From a virus (Duplodnaviria; Caudoviricetes), in IMG/VR virus record IMGVR_UViG_3300038345_000144: a stretch of DNA of 64,000 nucleotides, one strand, 5' to 3'. Both the position numbers and the translations under genes were made by a program. Positions 8,487 to 18,696 of this stretch are shown piece by piece (the first letter of the stretch is position 1; each line of letters opens with the position of its first letter). The notes beneath the pieces were generated by a model. That model made no database searches and was not told the DNA's origin. It worked only from the letters and a program-made list of their open reading frames with translations.

Positions 8487-9544
8487 AAGTTGTCCTCTTC
8501 GGTGGAGATAATCTCCATAATGTCCTCGGAGTCTATTCTCAAGAAGGAGGTCTTACCATCTGGGCAGTTACCATAATAGAGGGTAAACTCATCGTCCTTT
8601 ACAAACAGCATCCTGCTTAAAAGAGCAACAGATACCTGATAGGTAAACGGCTCGCAAGCCTCCGAACTAATCTTATAAATAAACTCTGAATTATCAACCT
8701 TTAAGAATACACCCTTATCGGAGAATACCAGTCTGGGTTCATAGTTGAACAACTTACTGGCGTTAACAGCCTGCATAAATGTATTCTTTGAAATCTTTAC
8801 GGTATGTTCAGGTCCACTCTGGAACAAATCAGCAAAATCATCATACTGATAGTTGTCCATTTCCTCGGTGTGAGCATAAGCACGATAAGTTAACTTATCA
8901 GTAGTAACGACAATCTTCTTACGCTTGTCCTTTGACTTGACATCTACCTTACCCTTGCCAATCTTGTTGAGTATCTCAACTGTTCTGACATCGAGGATAA
9001 TTCTTTCACTAAAGAAAAACTTTGCAATAAGGGCTACATTATCAGTATCGGTAGCCATAATGCCTCTGGGTCCAAAATAGATGTACTTATAGCACTCTTC
9101 TACAAAGTCCTTTTTAATAACCGCCTTACAAACAGGCAGAACTGTTGCAATATTACTAAAATCTATCTCATCACCAGTAGCATCCTGCGGATGAGGCATA
9201 CCTTTACCACTCTGGATAGGATAAATAGGCAACTTACACTTCATAATAGCCGACTTAATCCCAAGTGACTTATCATTCATTGTAAGTTCAATAGCACCTT
9301 CGCCACAAGACTTAATTATGCTGTAAAAGTTCTCAAAGTTAATGAGGCAATCAAAAGACTCATCACACTCTGCAATCTTTACCTTCATATTATGAACTGT
9401 TGACCAAGTATAGCCATAAAGATAACCGTCCTCGGTAATCAACTGAAGTAATGAAGCAAGGGGCTTACTAATTCCCTCTGTCTTTGAGGTTGCCAATCCT
9501 AAAAGTCCAAGACATTCTTTTAATGTTGTTGCGTCTGTTGTCAT
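8483..9544 (-). CDS. dnaN: DNA sliding clamp (beta subunit)-like protein
   Basis: 353 aa; IMATD motif; three-domain length; adjacent to polymerase and clamp loader. Confidence 0.6.
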   Translation of the reverse strand: MTTDATTLKECLGLLGLATSKTEGISKPLASLLQLITEDGYLYGYTWSTVHNMKVKIAECDESFDCLINFENFYSIIKSCGEGAIELTMNDKSLGIKSAIMKCKLPIYPIQSGKGMPHPQDATGDEIDFSNIATVLPVCKAVIKKDFVEECYKYIYFGPRGIMATDTDNVALIAKFFFSERIILDVRTVEILNKIGKGKVDVKSKDKRKKIVVTTDKLTYRAYAHTEEMDNYQYDDFADLFQSGPEHTVKISKNTFMQAVNASKLFNYEPRLVFSDKGVFLKVDNSEFIYKISSEACEPFTYQVSVALLSRMLFVKDDEFTLYYGNCPDGKTSFLRIDSEDIMEIISTEEDNL

Positions 9545-9554
9545 TTTGTACTCC

Positions 9555-9806
9555 TTATTGTATGTTTATGTCTTGTATAAATAACTTAAGTAACATCTCA
9601 CCAAACGACTTGTCAGTGTTGCTGTCCATACACTCGGTATCGGCGTACCACTTTCCGCTTTCCGTATCTTTATAGATAACATATTCGCCAAATCCGATGT
9701 TTGCTGACCAGTAGATAGTGAAGCCTTCGACGTTTTGTTCTTCATTCTTAAAAACTGATACCTCATCTATTTGTAAGTTTTCAATTTTTAATCTTCGCTC
9801 GGACAT
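9555..9806 (-). CDS. hypothetical protein
   Basis: 83 aa; WSANIGFGEY...DTECMD. Confidence 0.65.
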   Translation of the reverse strand: MSERRLKIENLQIDEVSVFKNEEQNVEGFTIYWSANIGFGEYVIYKDTESGKWYADTECMDSNTDKSFGEMLLKLFIQDINIQ

Positions 9807-10303
9807 TACTTAACTCCTGAACTACCAAATCCACCACCCTGTCTGTCAGACTCGATAGCAGATACATTAGAAATCTCTGTAATTGTTGCCTCTACATAAG
9901 AAGCCACTACCATCTGGGCAATTCTATCACCCTTTCTAATGATGTAAGTGCCTCTTTGGTCTGCCTTTGCTTCTGATACCTCAATCATATTTGTAGCGGT
10001 ATGTAGAGGAGAAGTGTTTTCCATAATAACACATACTTCATTACGATAACCACTATCAATCGTACCAGGGGCATTAGGAATTCTTAACGCTGTCTTCAGA
10101 GAAATTCCACTTCTGGGTCTAATCTGAACCTCTTTGCCAACAGGAATTGCCATCTTCAATCCAGTAGGGATTAACTTAACATCACCAGGGGTTAGGATAA
10201 TCTCTTCGGCTGATGATAAATCCATTCCTGCATCACCTTCGTGAGCGTAAAAAGGTAATTTAGCATCGGGTCTACACTTTTCAATCAAAATCTCTGTACT
10301 CAT
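9806..10303 (-). CDS. dut: trimeric dUTPase
   Basis: AGMDL, RPRSG, GTIDSGYR, GDRIAQ, GGFGSSG. Confidence 0.95.
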   Translation of the reverse strand: MSTEILIEKCRPDAKLPFYAHEGDAGMDLSSAEEIILTPGDVKLIPTGLKMAIPVGKEVQIRPRSGISLKTALRIPNAPGTIDSGYRNEVCVIMENTSPLHTATNMIEVSEAKADQRGTYIIRKGDRIAQMVVASYVEATITEISNVSAIESDRQGGGFGSSGVK

Positions 10304-10336
10304 TTTTTACTCCATTTAATATAAAATTACTGTAAT

Positions 10337-10365
10337 ATTATAACAAAAAATATGATTTTTGTGAA
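10337..10365 (-). promoter_or_regulatory. sigma-A promoter
   Basis: TTCACA-17-TATAAT with TG extension. Confidence 0.6.
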
Positions 10366-10374
10366 GAATTTTAC

Positions 10375-11010
10375 TTACTTTTTAGGTAGTTGATATACGC
10401 TAATCCAGTGGTAAATAGTAGCAGTTCCGCACTTATACTTTTCTGCTAATTCACCCAATGTCATAGAATTGTAATCTTTCTCAAAGACTGCCTTCTCTGG
10501 CATTTCAGTAACAGATTTCTTCGGCTTGTTCTGTCGAGGGATTTCATAATAATCCAACCACTTATAGAAAGTATTTTGAGCACAGCCTAATTCCTCAAGT
10601 ATCTGGTGAACACTCTTCTTACTATTATAGAGTTTTAAGAGTTTCTCTTTACTCGGCATCCTCTTATACTTAAAATGGACGCTATGAATTTGGTCATACA
10701 CCTCTGATAACTCATACTTCTTAATCAGTGCTTCTACAATGTCTTTTCTCTCGCCTGACTCTTTACTGATTTGCTTAACTGATAACCCTGATTTGACATA
10801 TTTAGTCAAGGTGGATTTATTCAGTTTCGTGTTTTTCAATGCACGGTCATAATTTCTATTGTGAATTCGCTCTATTCCATAAAAATCAATCCACTGCATC
10901 GCTCGTTGTCGAGTAACGCCATATGCGTCACCGATTTGCTGAAGTGTCATAAACTTTTTACAATATAAGTCTTGTAACACCTCTTTCGATGGTCTGTTTC
11001 CTTCCAACAT
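10375..11010 (-). CDS. multi-HTH DNA-binding protein
   Basis: Four ~55-aa repeats (PSKE.L..LY...T...I...G.....WI..Y.I); AAGGAG before ATG 11010. Confidence 0.7.
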   Translation of the reverse strand: MLEGNRPSKEVLQDLYCKKFMTLQQIGDAYGVTRQRAMQWIDFYGIERIHNRNYDRALKNTKLNKSTLTKYVKSGLSVKQISKESGERKDIVEALIKKYELSEVYDQIHSVHFKYKRMPSKEKLLKLYNSKKSVHQILEELGCAQNTFYKWLDYYEIPRQNKPKKSVTEMPEKAVFEKDYNSMTLGELAEKYKCGTATIYHWISVYQLPKK

Positions 11011-11053
11011 ATCTTTATACTCCTTTCGTATTGTTGGCTCTCTTTCTTTTGTA

Positions 11054-13807
11054 TTAAACCACAGGAAGTCCCTGTAATTCGCTTTCAATATCGAGTTCTT
11101 CACCGTACCACTTGTCCGAGGAAACGACATCGCAAGTGATAGGGATAGTAAGTGTAGGCTTTGCGGCGGTCTCCATATCATTCGCAAATCTCGCACCTAC
11201 AAATCTCGCATATCTTAATGGAGTCTCAATCAAGATTTCATCGTGAACAGGAATGATTGCATAAGCCATATGTCTAATCAATTCCTCGTCATTATGTATC
11301 TTAATCAAGGCTAACTTACTCATATCTGCGGCACTACCCTGAACTCGGCTGTTGATGATTTCTCGCTCTGCCGCCGCAATTCTGGCGTTGTTATCTACAA
11401 CTTCAATATCCTCAAATACGAGCAACTTATCAATGAACTTCTGCCTTTCTTTTGCATACATCGTTGCCATCTTATTGATGTAGTTTTCAGCATCGGCAGT
11501 AGGTACTTTCATCTTGTTATTTCTAACATAACTGAACTTTTCTTCACACCATTCAGGTGCTCTGTCAGGATGTTTCTTTGTAATCTTACACTTTGTAATA
11601 TAGTGGAACTCATAAGAAGGGAGGTTATAGTTAGGAAGTCTTCTCTTTCTACCCCAAAGAGTAGTAACATAACCCTTCTCCTTAACATCCTTCTTGGACT
11701 GTTCCTCAAAAGGCTTAATGCAGACGAACGCCGCATATACATTGTCCTTAATCTCTTGAGCCTTATCCATATTTTTCTTCTGCAACTCTTTGTTGATGGA
11801 ACCATCTTCATTGAGAGGCTGTCCGAAAATCTGTTCAGCAATAGATTTAGCACCACGACCATACATAATACCCAAGAGGATTTTCTTTGCGTCGCCTCTT
11901 GTATTCTTACCGTCCTTATAGGTGTCTTTTTCACCATCGGCAAGTTTATCGTAGTCGTAGTCTTCAGGATTTATATTGGAATAGTCCAAGTCCTCAAAGT
12001 TCTGCTTATCGTCCTCTTCACCTGTCTTGAGTAAGGCATAATACCACTTACCATTTTCGTGTTGCTTAATAGGAGCACCCTTTGGGAAGTGTTCAAGACA
12101 GTGCTTATAAGGCTTATTGAAGGAAATAGAAGCGATTTCTGCATACAAATCCTTACCGTCCTCGTATGCTTTCAACATAACAGGGTCGGCACAAAGTTGT
12201 GACAATACACGGGGTTCCTGACCTGAATAGTCAGCACCCTGAATAATTCTACGAATTCGGCAGAGAATTTCCTTACCTTCGTCACCTTCAAGTGCCAGTA
12301 AAGCCTTGAGGTCCTTAAGTCTGGTGGCTCTTACTACGCAACCGTTTGCAAGAACTTCGCCTTCAGCAACGCACTCAACCCACTTCCAAGTACCATCTTC
12401 CATTCTGACTTCTTCGCATCTGTCAAAGACATAGCCCTTATCAGAACGCATTTTAGCATTACGGTAAGTTACCTGTCCTACATACATCTTACGAATATCC
12501 TCGTTATGGGACGGAATATTCTGGAGGTTGATAGGTTTACTACTGGACATTCTACCTGTTCTTGCACCGTTTGAATTAAAGTGCGTATGAACTCGTCCAT
12601 CAGTAAAGACAATATTAGGGATATTATCAATATAAGTAGAGATTAACTTCTTTGCCTTACGATAATCAGAAATAGCGTGGCAAACAGGGTGTTTCTCTGC
12701 GAAATATGCCAAAATGTCACTGTCTACACATCTTTCCTTCTTATCCTTCAAGTCGTGCTTGAGTCCAAGAATATCATAGAAAAGAATAGCCAACTGGTCA
12801 TCTGAACCAACATTGATAGGGTCTTCAAGTCCCTTGTTGTGGTGCAATCTCCAATCGTCAATTAAATCCTGGTATGAGTTAATGGCTTCATAACACTTTT
12901 CAAGAGCAACATCCAAGTCCTTATTGTACTTCTGGGAAAGAACCTTAACATAATCCAAATCTACGGCAACGCCCTTTTCCTCAAGGTCAACAACGACATC
13001 AATCATAGGAATTTCGATGTTTCTGTAAAGCCAGTTAAGTTTAACCATATCTTCACGCTCTGTATTGCAAAGATACTTCTTCTGGAATTCATACAAATCC
13101 CAAGTATCAATAGCGTCGTGAGAAGCATAAAGGTATGCGAAGGCAATAGGGATTAAGTTCCAAGTAACCTTACCGTGTAAGTAATCCGAGAAACTCTTTT
13201 CTACTGTATGGCTGATGTACTTACCGTGTAAACCTTTAAGGTCGTGGTCCTCATTCTCGTTCAAGAGAGTAGCACCAACCTGTGTCTCCCACCAGCAAGA
13301 CAAATTAACACCTAACCAACGCTTGATAATTCGGAGGTCGAATGGAGCGTTATGGAACAGGTTTTTAGTAGTAAGTCGCTTCATTTCTTCAGCAACCTGC
13401 TCTCTGGTCAACTGTGGCTCAATTCTCGCCTGCGTGATGTAGTCAATATGGTTAATAGGCACATAGACAGGTTTTTCTTCAGGGAAATACATTGAGAGTC
13501 CGACAATATCGCACCTCAAAGGGTCAAGTCCCATAGTCTCCGTATCTATTGCTACGATGCCATAACGGTTAGCGTGGTCAATATAATCGTGTAACTCTTG
13601 CAGGTCTGTAATACATCTGTAATCATCTTTATGTTCACCGAGGTTAGTCTCGATGTCTTGTCTAATTTCTTCAATAATATCAAGAAGGCTATTACCCTTT
13701 GGCTTACCCTTCTTCTGTTCTTTCTTCATTCTTTCCAGAGCCTTTTTATCATCGACTTTGGATTTTACGCCAGCATTTAGTTTAATCAATGACATCTCAC
13801 GCCTCAT
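11054..13807 (-). CDS. polA: family A DNA polymerase with 3'-5' exonuclease, no 5'-3' exonuclease, with insertions
   Basis: ExoI DTET, HNAPFD, YASHDA; TGRMSS..INLQNIP; motif A ADYSGQEPR; motif B AKKILLGIMYG; motif C VHDE. Confidence 0.95.
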   Translation of the reverse strand: MRREMSLIKLNAGVKSKVDDKKALERMKKEQKKGKPKGNSLLDIIEEIRQDIETNLGEHKDDYRCITDLQELHDYIDHANRYGIVAIDTETMGLDPLRCDIVGLSMYFPEEKPVYVPINHIDYITQARIEPQLTREQVAEEMKRLTTKNLFHNAPFDLRIIKRWLGVNLSCWWETQVGATLLNENEDHDLKGLHGKYISHTVEKSFSDYLHGKVTWNLIPIAFAYLYASHDAIDTWDLYEFQKKYLCNTEREDMVKLNWLYRNIEIPMIDVVVDLEEKGVAVDLDYVKVLSQKYNKDLDVALEKCYEAINSYQDLIDDWRLHHNKGLEDPINVGSDDQLAILFYDILGLKHDLKDKKERCVDSDILAYFAEKHPVCHAISDYRKAKKLISTYIDNIPNIVFTDGRVHTHFNSNGARTGRMSSSKPINLQNIPSHNEDIRKMYVGQVTYRNAKMRSDKGYVFDRCEEVRMEDGTWKWVECVAEGEVLANGCVVRATRLKDLKALLALEGDEGKEILCRIRRIIQGADYSGQEPRVLSQLCADPVMLKAYEDGKDLYAEIASISFNKPYKHCLEHFPKGAPIKQHENGKWYYALLKTGEEDDKQNFEDLDYSNINPEDYDYDKLADGEKDTYKDGKNTRGDAKKILLGIMYGRGAKSIAEQIFGQPLNEDGSINKELQKKNMDKAQEIKDNVYAAFVCIKPFEEQSKKDVKEKGYVTTLWGRKRRLPNYNLPSYEFHYITKCKITKKHPDRAPEWCEEKFSYVRNNKMKVPTADAENYINKMATMYAKERQKFIDKLLVFEDIEVVDNNARIAAAEREIINSRVQGSAADMSKLALIKIHNDEELIRHMAYAIIPVHDEILIETPLRYARFVGARFANDMETAAKPTLTIPITCDVVSSDKWYGEELDIESELQGLPVV

Positions 13808-14601
13808 ACTTTCTTTCTATACTTCATAATTAAATAGTCTATAATGTTATCTATGTCAATAATGCCCTTCTTTACCGAACAGTCTAAATAAAAGCAATCA
13901 TTGATAATACTAATCAACTCTGCCTCCGAACGGTATTTCAATAAACCCTGCAAGTTACTGATACGATAAGGGTTCATACCTGCCGTCTTGCCTTGCTTAA
14001 TCTTCAATAAATCTTGACAATTCGTAGTCAACACCGCCATTATGCTGATTGCTGACTCTTCTATGTTAGGGAGGGACTTCCCCATAACAAATCGGTCTAC
14101 CCAAAGGTAAATGTCATTTGAGGTATCGGCTATCTTATACTCGCCGTCGCTCAAATTATAGATTTTCAGGTTGTTTATGATAGTTCCCAAGTCGTTATTG
14201 CTCTTACGCACAAAGTTACGGGCTTTCACCTCGTCCATATCGCTATGTTTCATTACATAAGGCACATAATCGTTCTCTAACTCTATAAAACAATCCTTAT
14301 TATTCTTGTAAACAGCAGTTCTCTTATCCACCGACTCGGTATATATCAAGGTATATCCACGCTGTTGCTTAAAGATTTCCTCATCAAGTTTAGGCATATA
14401 GATTACATTCAGAGTAACCTTCTTCAAAAGACCTACGCCTGTCTTGATTGTACCGCTATAATTAACATTATTGGCTCCGATGGCTTCCTTGAAACGCTTT
14501 ACATAAATATCCACTAACCCGCTATCTATGGTAACAAGGCAGTAAATATGCTTTGGAGACTTTAGGCTTTCCTTAAATTCTTTGCCATTCATTACTCTCA
14601 C
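13804..14601 (-). CDS. clamp-loader delta-like subunit
   Basis: DKRT motif, length, position in DnaX operon. Confidence 0.5.
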   Translation of the reverse strand: MRVMNGKEFKESLKSPKHIYCLVTIDSGLVDIYVKRFKEAIGANNVNYSGTIKTGVGLLKKVTLNVIYMPKLDEEIFKQQRGYTLIYTESVDKRTAVYKNNKDCFIELENDYVPYVMKHSDMDEVKARNFVRKSNNDLGTIINNLKIYNLSDGEYKIADTSNDIYLWVDRFVMGKSLPNIEESAISIMAVLTTNCQDLLKIKQGKTAGMNPYRISNLQGLLKYRSEAELISIINDCFYLDCSVKKGIIDIDNIIDYLIMKYRKKV

Positions 14602-15175
14602 CTCGCATATCTAATTCCCAGTTAACTATAAACTGCTTCTTATTAAGGGCTTTCAGGTTTTTAGCGGAATTGTACTTACTGCAAATGAGGTACTCCCTCT
14701 CCAGGTTTTCCCCACCCTTAATCCTCTCTAAAAGACGATTGCAGAGTACCGTAAAGAATACATCAAAATCGAACTCTTCAGAATACTGGAAGTTGTCAAC
14801 TGCACGGAGCATCTTATAGGAAAAATAAGGTAACTGTCCCTCAAAATCACAATATCCAGCCTCGGTAGGCTCCATTCTCTGAACTACACATCTTGACTGG
14901 ATAGAACGGGGCAGGTTCATCAGGTTCCTGCAAGTAAGTACCATATGCTGGTTCTCATTCTGCTCTAAAAAGGTCAATAAAGCACTAAATGATGCAGGCG
15001 ACCAGTTATCTATATCTATAAAGGCATAATCTGTATGTTTATCCAGTTCCCTAATATCTCCAACATTACCAGTTTCTACCCATACAAAATCGACAGGAAG
15101 GCTCTTAACATACTCCTTCTTGCCACTGTATTTAGCACCAACTAATATTAAATTATTAGGTAACTCTTGGGTCAT
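14573..15175 (-). CDS. clamp-loader delta-prime-like subunit
   Basis: Degenerate GAKYSGKK, SALLTFLE, LPRSIQSRC. Confidence 0.6.
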   Translation of the reverse strand: MTQELPNNLILVGAKYSGKKEYVKSLPVDFVWVETGNVGDIRELDKHTDYAFIDIDNWSPASFSALLTFLEQNENQHMVLTCRNLMNLPRSIQSRCVVQRMEPTEAGYCDFEGQLPYFSYKMLRAVDNFQYSEEFDFDVFFTVLCNRLLERIKGGENLEREYLICSKYNSAKNLKALNKKQFIVNWELDMRGESNEWQRI

Positions 15176-16056
15176 ACAATAAGTCTCGCTATAATCATAT
15201 TCTTCGGGGTATCATCGTATCTAATCTCGTTAGTGATGGTCAAAAGAGTTTCAACCAACTTGAGATTATCACACTTCAGGCAATAGTCTAAAAACTGCCT
15301 AATGAACAGGTGTAACTCATATCCGTTGTTATACACCTGTTCCACCAGTTCAATAATCTTTAGCCTATTATCATCGTTATAAGCGTCATACAACTCCTGC
15401 ATAACATCATCGGACACGATATTAAGGGCTTTACAAATATCTTCATCGGAGGTTCCGAACAGGAGGCACTTATCAAGGTTTGTGAGTGCCTGACGCATAT
15501 TTCCATTAGCGGATTTAGCAATATACTCAATTCCCTTGTCAGTAATGGTAATGTTCTCTTTAGAGCATACATAGGTCAAACGATTGATGATGTTTGCCTC
15601 CGACATAGGGGTAAAATTAAATCTCTGAACACGGCTCATAATGGTATTAGGTATCTTTTGAACATCCGTGGTGCAGAGAATGAAAATAGAGTGCTCTATT
15701 GCCTCCTCAAGGGTCACAAGCATAGCAGACCAAGCCTGTGCTGACAATGTATGGCACTCGTCAAGTACAAACACTTTATACGCCTTAACAAGGGGCTTTG
15801 TTTTAGCAATTTCAAGTATGTCCTTAATAGACTCTACGCCGTTGTGTGATGCACAGTCTATCGGGAATATCTCTCCGTCTACCATAGACGCAAAAATGTT
15901 GGCACAGGTTGTTTTACCCGTACCAGCAGGACCAGTGAATAGCATCGCATTGGGGAATATATCTTCCTCAATTTCTTTATTCAATACTTTGCAAATTACT
16001 TCTTGTTGTATTACATCCTCGAACTTTTGTGGTCTGTATTTGTTTGCTAATGTCAT
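15172..16056 (-). CDS. dnaX: clamp-loader gamma/tau-like ATPase
   Basis: LANKYRPQKF, GPAGTGKTT, LDECH, TLEE, IMSR. Confidence 0.9.
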   Translation of the reverse strand: MTLANKYRPQKFEDVIQQEVICKVLNKEIEEDIFPNAMLFTGPAGTGKTTCANIFASMVDGEIFPIDCASHNGVESIKDILEIAKTKPLVKAYKVFVLDECHTLSAQAWSAMLVTLEEAIEHSIFILCTTDVQKIPNTIMSRVQRFNFTPMSEANIINRLTYVCSKENITITDKGIEYIAKSANGNMRQALTNLDKCLLFGTSDEDICKALNIVSDDVMQELYDAYNDDNRLKIIELVEQVYNNGYELHLFIRQFLDYCLKCDNLKLVETLLTITNEIRYDDTPKNMIIARLIV

Positions 16057-16065
16057 TTTACTCCT

Positions 16066-16356
16066 TTAAGCGATTTCCCAGTGATACTCGGCTTCCGCTA
16101 TATCATTAAGTATTATTGGGGGTATTTCTATCGTTATACCATCAATATTAACCGCCTTAAGGCTCTCATATTTGAGAGTATCGTAATTGAAGTGGTTTAT
16201 CACTTCATCAAAGGTAATAAAAGCAGGATTAAAGTCTCCTACCCATACACACATCATATTATAGTTAGCATCACAAACTGACCACCCACCGTCAAATCCG
16301 TCACAGTGAGCAAAGTATTTACCACTTGCAGTTTTCCATAAATCATTATTACCCAT
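16066..16356 (-). CDS. hypothetical protein
   Basis: 96-aa ORF downstream of promoter. Confidence 0.55.
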   Translation of the reverse strand: MGNNDLWKTASGKYFAHCDGFDGGWSVCDANYNMMCVWVGDFNPAFITFDEVINHFNYDTLKYESLKAVNIDGITIEIPPIILNDIAEAEYHWEIA

Positions 16357-16383
16357 AGAAAAAGCCCCTTATAGATATGCCTT

Positions 16384-16412
16384 ATTATAACACTCTATAA
16401 GGGGTCTGTAAA
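16384..16412 (-). promoter_or_regulatory. sigma-A promoter of replication operon, nested in hairpin
   Basis: TTTACA-17-TATAAT, TG extension; 11-bp arms 16365-16375/16394-16404. Confidence 0.7.
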
Positions 16413-16430
16413 GACTTCTAATAGTTCTTT

Positions 16431-18305
16431 TTAGAGAACTCTGTCAAGAAGGTCACAAACGGCTGATGTAAACTCGTCCATATATCTCTTGCAGTAGTGA
16501 ACCTTTGCGGTATGAACGGAAGGCTCAATGTACTTTCTGTTCTGTTCGTCTGTTACGATAATGCTGTGTCCACCATCAAAAATTCTGAATGTATCAGAAG
16601 CGGAAGGAACAACATTGTACTCACCATAATGAGCGTCACCATCGAAAAGAACTACAAGATAGTTTTCTGCGTTTGTCTTTCTATGCCTCTTGAGCAAATC
16701 AGGAATGTTTGTCATCTGCTTTGTTGCTCTATCCGTCATATTTTCCTTGAAAATACTGTTTTCTTGGAAAGAACAGAACTTTCTATCTATTGTTGTCCAT
16801 TCTTCGATATAACTGGAAATAGTGATAATATCGAAAGTAAATGCGGGATAGTTCTGTGCCAGTCTTTCAAGAGTTCTGATAAAGACATTCATTCTGGTAT
16901 CGTTATTTCTGAAAGACCACGATGTATCGAGGAAGAATGTGATATGAGTAGCACCAAAGCGTCTTCCGTTGCCCTGTGTGTTAGGTCTTTCCCAAACCTT
17001 CCAATCGTCTCTTGTAAGGAGGTTACGATAGTTCATTACACCGCTATATGCCGAAATTGCGGCACTTCTCTGCTGTGTCTTACGCAACTTCTTTTCAAGA
17101 ATGTTACGGAGTCTCGTTTCGAGTTCAGGGTCAGTAAACTTCTCAAAGGTATCGTTAAGAACGCTATCAACGGCACTCTTCATTTCGTCCTTTGTAAAAT
17201 CGTCAACATCTAACTCATCAATATCTGCGAGTGTTTCTTCGAGTTCAGGGTCAATACCCTCGTCCTCTTCATTTTCTACACGGCTCTTATCCTCTTCTTC
17301 GCTCTCTTCTTCGTTAGAGCCTTCGGAGTTTTCGGGGTCCTCTTCATCACCCTCATCACCCTCGTCCTCTGTGGCATCGGGATTGTAAGAAACATCGTCT
17401 TCCTCGTCATTTTCTTCGTTCTCTTCATCAGAAGAACCATTGGAAGACTCGTCATCTTCTTCGTTCTCGTCAGACTCTTCATCAGAACCCTCGCTGGAGC
17501 CTTCAGAACCATTGTCCTCGTCCTCGGAACCTTCGTCCTCATTATCCTCGCTCTGCTCGTTAGAAGACTTATTCTGCTCGTTCTCCTCGTCTTCCTCGGA
17601 GTTGTTGTTGGACTCTGTGGACTCGTTGTTCTCCTGCTCATCAGACTCTTCGGACTGATTGGACTGGCTCTGCTGTTCCTGCTCCTGCTGTCTCTTCTCT
17701 TCCTGCTCCTTCTCCCAATCCTCTGTGAAATCGTTATAGAAATCCATAACAGCCTGTGTGTACTGCTTAACCTTCCACTCATCTGCGTTTGCGGAGAGGT
17801 ATCTGTACTCCATAATAATATTCATAAGTCTTGTAAGCCACTTTGTTTCGCCCTTGTGGAACCTTACGAGATTGTAAAAAGCGGAAAATGCCGTTCTTGC
17901 TTCTTCGCCCTTGTAGTTGTTGAGCAAAACAATATTTCTTCTGAAATTAACTTCGAGAAAATAGTTCTTCAGAAGGGTCTCAATACGCTCGTCCTCAAAG
18001 ACATTAAGAACTCTGTGGTGGTCCTTATTCTCTTCGGTCTCAACGATTGCCGTAGGAGTAAGGATTGCGTGTGCTACTTCGTGATAGAGGAGACCACGGA
18101 TAACGCTGTACTGAATGTTGCCAGCAGGAACATCCTTGAGCATACGCTGAATTGTAGGAAATGAAACAACAATCTTATCCTTGTAAATGTCATAAGATGT
18201 AGACATTGACTCACGGCTTAATTCGTGAGGAATACCTCTACCAGAATAGAAACTAATAGGCAGTGTATCGAACATCCTTGAAACTTCTTCGAATGTAACC
18301 TTCAT
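16431..18305 (-). CDS. CobT-like metallopeptidase-motif + acidic linker + VWA protein
   Basis: YHEVAH, NVFEDERIE, long D/E/N/S linker, MIDAS DTSWS, FDGD. Confidence 0.8.
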   Translation of the reverse strand: MKVTFEEVSRMFDTLPISFYSGRGIPHELSRESMSTSYDIYKDKIVVSFPTIQRMLKDVPAGNIQYSVIRGLLYHEVAHAILTPTAIVETEENKDHHRVLNVFEDERIETLLKNYFLEVNFRRNIVLLNNYKGEEARTAFSAFYNLVRFHKGETKWLTRLMNIIMEYRYLSANADEWKVKQYTQAVMDFYNDFTEDWEKEQEEKRQQEQEQQSQSNQSEESDEQENNESTESNNNSEEDEENEQNKSSNEQSEDNEDEGSEDEDNGSEGSSEGSDEESDENEEDDESSNGSSDEENEENDEEDDVSYNPDATEDEGDEGDEEDPENSEGSNEEESEEEDKSRVENEEDEGIDPELEETLADIDELDVDDFTKDEMKSAVDSVLNDTFEKFTDPELETRLRNILEKKLRKTQQRSAAISAYSGVMNYRNLLTRDDWKVWERPNTQGNGRRFGATHITFFLDTSWSFRNNDTRMNVFIRTLERLAQNYPAFTFDIITISSYIEEWTTIDRKFCSFQENSIFKENMTDRATKQMTNIPDLLKRHRKTNAENYLVVLFDGDAHYGEYNVVPSASDTFRIFDGGHSIIVTDEQNRKYIEPSVHTAKVHYCKRYMDEFTSAVCDLLDRVL

Positions 18306-18339
18306 TGTTGTAATCTCCTCTCAATTGATTTACACTGAT

Positions 18340-18369
18340 ATTATAATATATAAATTATAATATTGTCAA
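18340..18369 (-). promoter_or_regulatory. sigma-A promoter
   Basis: TTGACA-18-TATAAT within AT palindrome. Confidence 0.65.
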
Positions 18370-18440
18370 GGGTGAGAACCATAAAATAAGCAAAAATAAA
18401 GGAAAGTTTTTAGGCTTTCCTTACTTTATTCTCCACTCAA

Positions 18441-18680
18441 TCACTTATAGATTAAATTCTCGGCTCGTTGTATATTTAACGCCGTAGCCTTATTGTTCTT
18501 CAGGTCCGTTATAAAGGTCTTGAGAAAGACTCTATCGCTGTCTGTAAGCCTTGTATCGCTTATAATTGCCTTGCGTATATCCGTTATCAGAATTTCCTTT
18601 CCAATGGACGAGAGATAGCGTTTTAGACCATATACGAGAAATGGAATAGCAAGGATAAATACAATAGTTAAAACAATCAC
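18441..18680 (-). CDS. small membrane protein
   Basis: N-terminal hydrophobic helix; GGAG RBS. Confidence 0.6.
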   Translation of the reverse strand: MIVLTIVFILAIPFLVYGLKRYLSSIGKEILITDIRKAIISDTRLTDSDRVFLKTFITDLKNNKATALNIQRAENLIYK

Positions 18681-18696
18681 TGGTTACAATCTCCTA

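Noticed and set aside
11011-11196. N-terminal extension of the HTH ORF overlapping polA
   Set aside because: A strong RBS precedes ATG 11010; the extension is incidental open frame
17101-17782. Ser-rich and Arg/Thr-rich ORFs
   Set aside because: Alternate readings of the acidic linker codons
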